From NCBI GenBank assembly GCA_951406725.2, contig OX597817.1:24366001-24430000 (forward strand): a stretch of 64,000 nucleotides of DNA, read 5' to 3'. Each line of letters starts with the position of its first letter. Within the stretch, counting starts at the first letter, position 1. Position numbers and translations under genes: made by a program. Shown one piece after another: positions 63,755-64,000 of this stretch. Under the pieces are notes generated by a model. The model saw nothing but the letters and a program-made list of their open reading frames with translations. It was not told the origin of the DNA and did not search any database. This stretch comes from Octopus vulgaris (taxonomy: Eukaryota).

Positions 63755-63958
63755 AGGTCTGGCACCTGTGTCGGTGGCACATAAAACCACCCGCTACACT
63801 CTCGGAGTGGTTGGCGTTAGGAAGGGCATCCAGTTGTAGAAACACTGCCAGATCTGACTGGCCTGGTGCAGCCTTCGGGCTCCCCAGACCCCAGTTGAAC
63901 CATCCAACCCATGCTAGCATGGAAAACGGACGCTAAATGATGATGATGATGATGATGA
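63755..63958 (+). mobile_element. SINE-like family C
   Basis: ggagtggttggcgttaggaagggcatccag...catgctagcatggaaaacggacgctaaa(TGA)n. Confidence 0.92.
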
Positions 63959-64000
63959 TATATATATCAGGAAAACAAGGGACTCAAATCCTATCGATCA

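Noticed and set aside
1-64000. SINE orientation bias indicating the host gene strand
   Set aside because: Full-length family A copies lean to the minus strand (9 versus 3), but the excess largely disappears when partial copies are counted.

Overview
AT-rich eukaryotic DNA, most likely octopus or another coleoid cephalopod. This is inferred from my recognition of its SINE families and its very dense CA/TA/ATC microsatellites. The window looks intronic or intergenic, and I found no recognisable intact protein-coding gene; nearly all listed ORFs come from microsatellites, SINEs or decayed transposons. It holds dozens of SINE copies from at least five families, LINE remnants (CR1-like, RTE, R4/Dong-like, HERO/NeSL-like), Penelope-like element (PLE) remnants, Gypsy/LTR pieces, piggyBac and Tc1/mariner derivatives, and a 3-kb array of 33 copies of a 91-bp unit. 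Best leads: (1) an apparently intact minimal type I hammerhead ribozyme at 63598-63640, with degenerate relatives elsewhere; (2) the 91-bp satellite, which appears to derive from a junction of two dispersed repeats and shows an incipient 10-monomer higher-order repeat; (3) a solo LTR with an eight-unit in-phase heat-shock element just upstream of its TATA box; (4) unexplained exon-like blocks with good splice sites at 46-54 kb. Boundaries were read by eye and are approximate unless a TSD or TIR is quoted.
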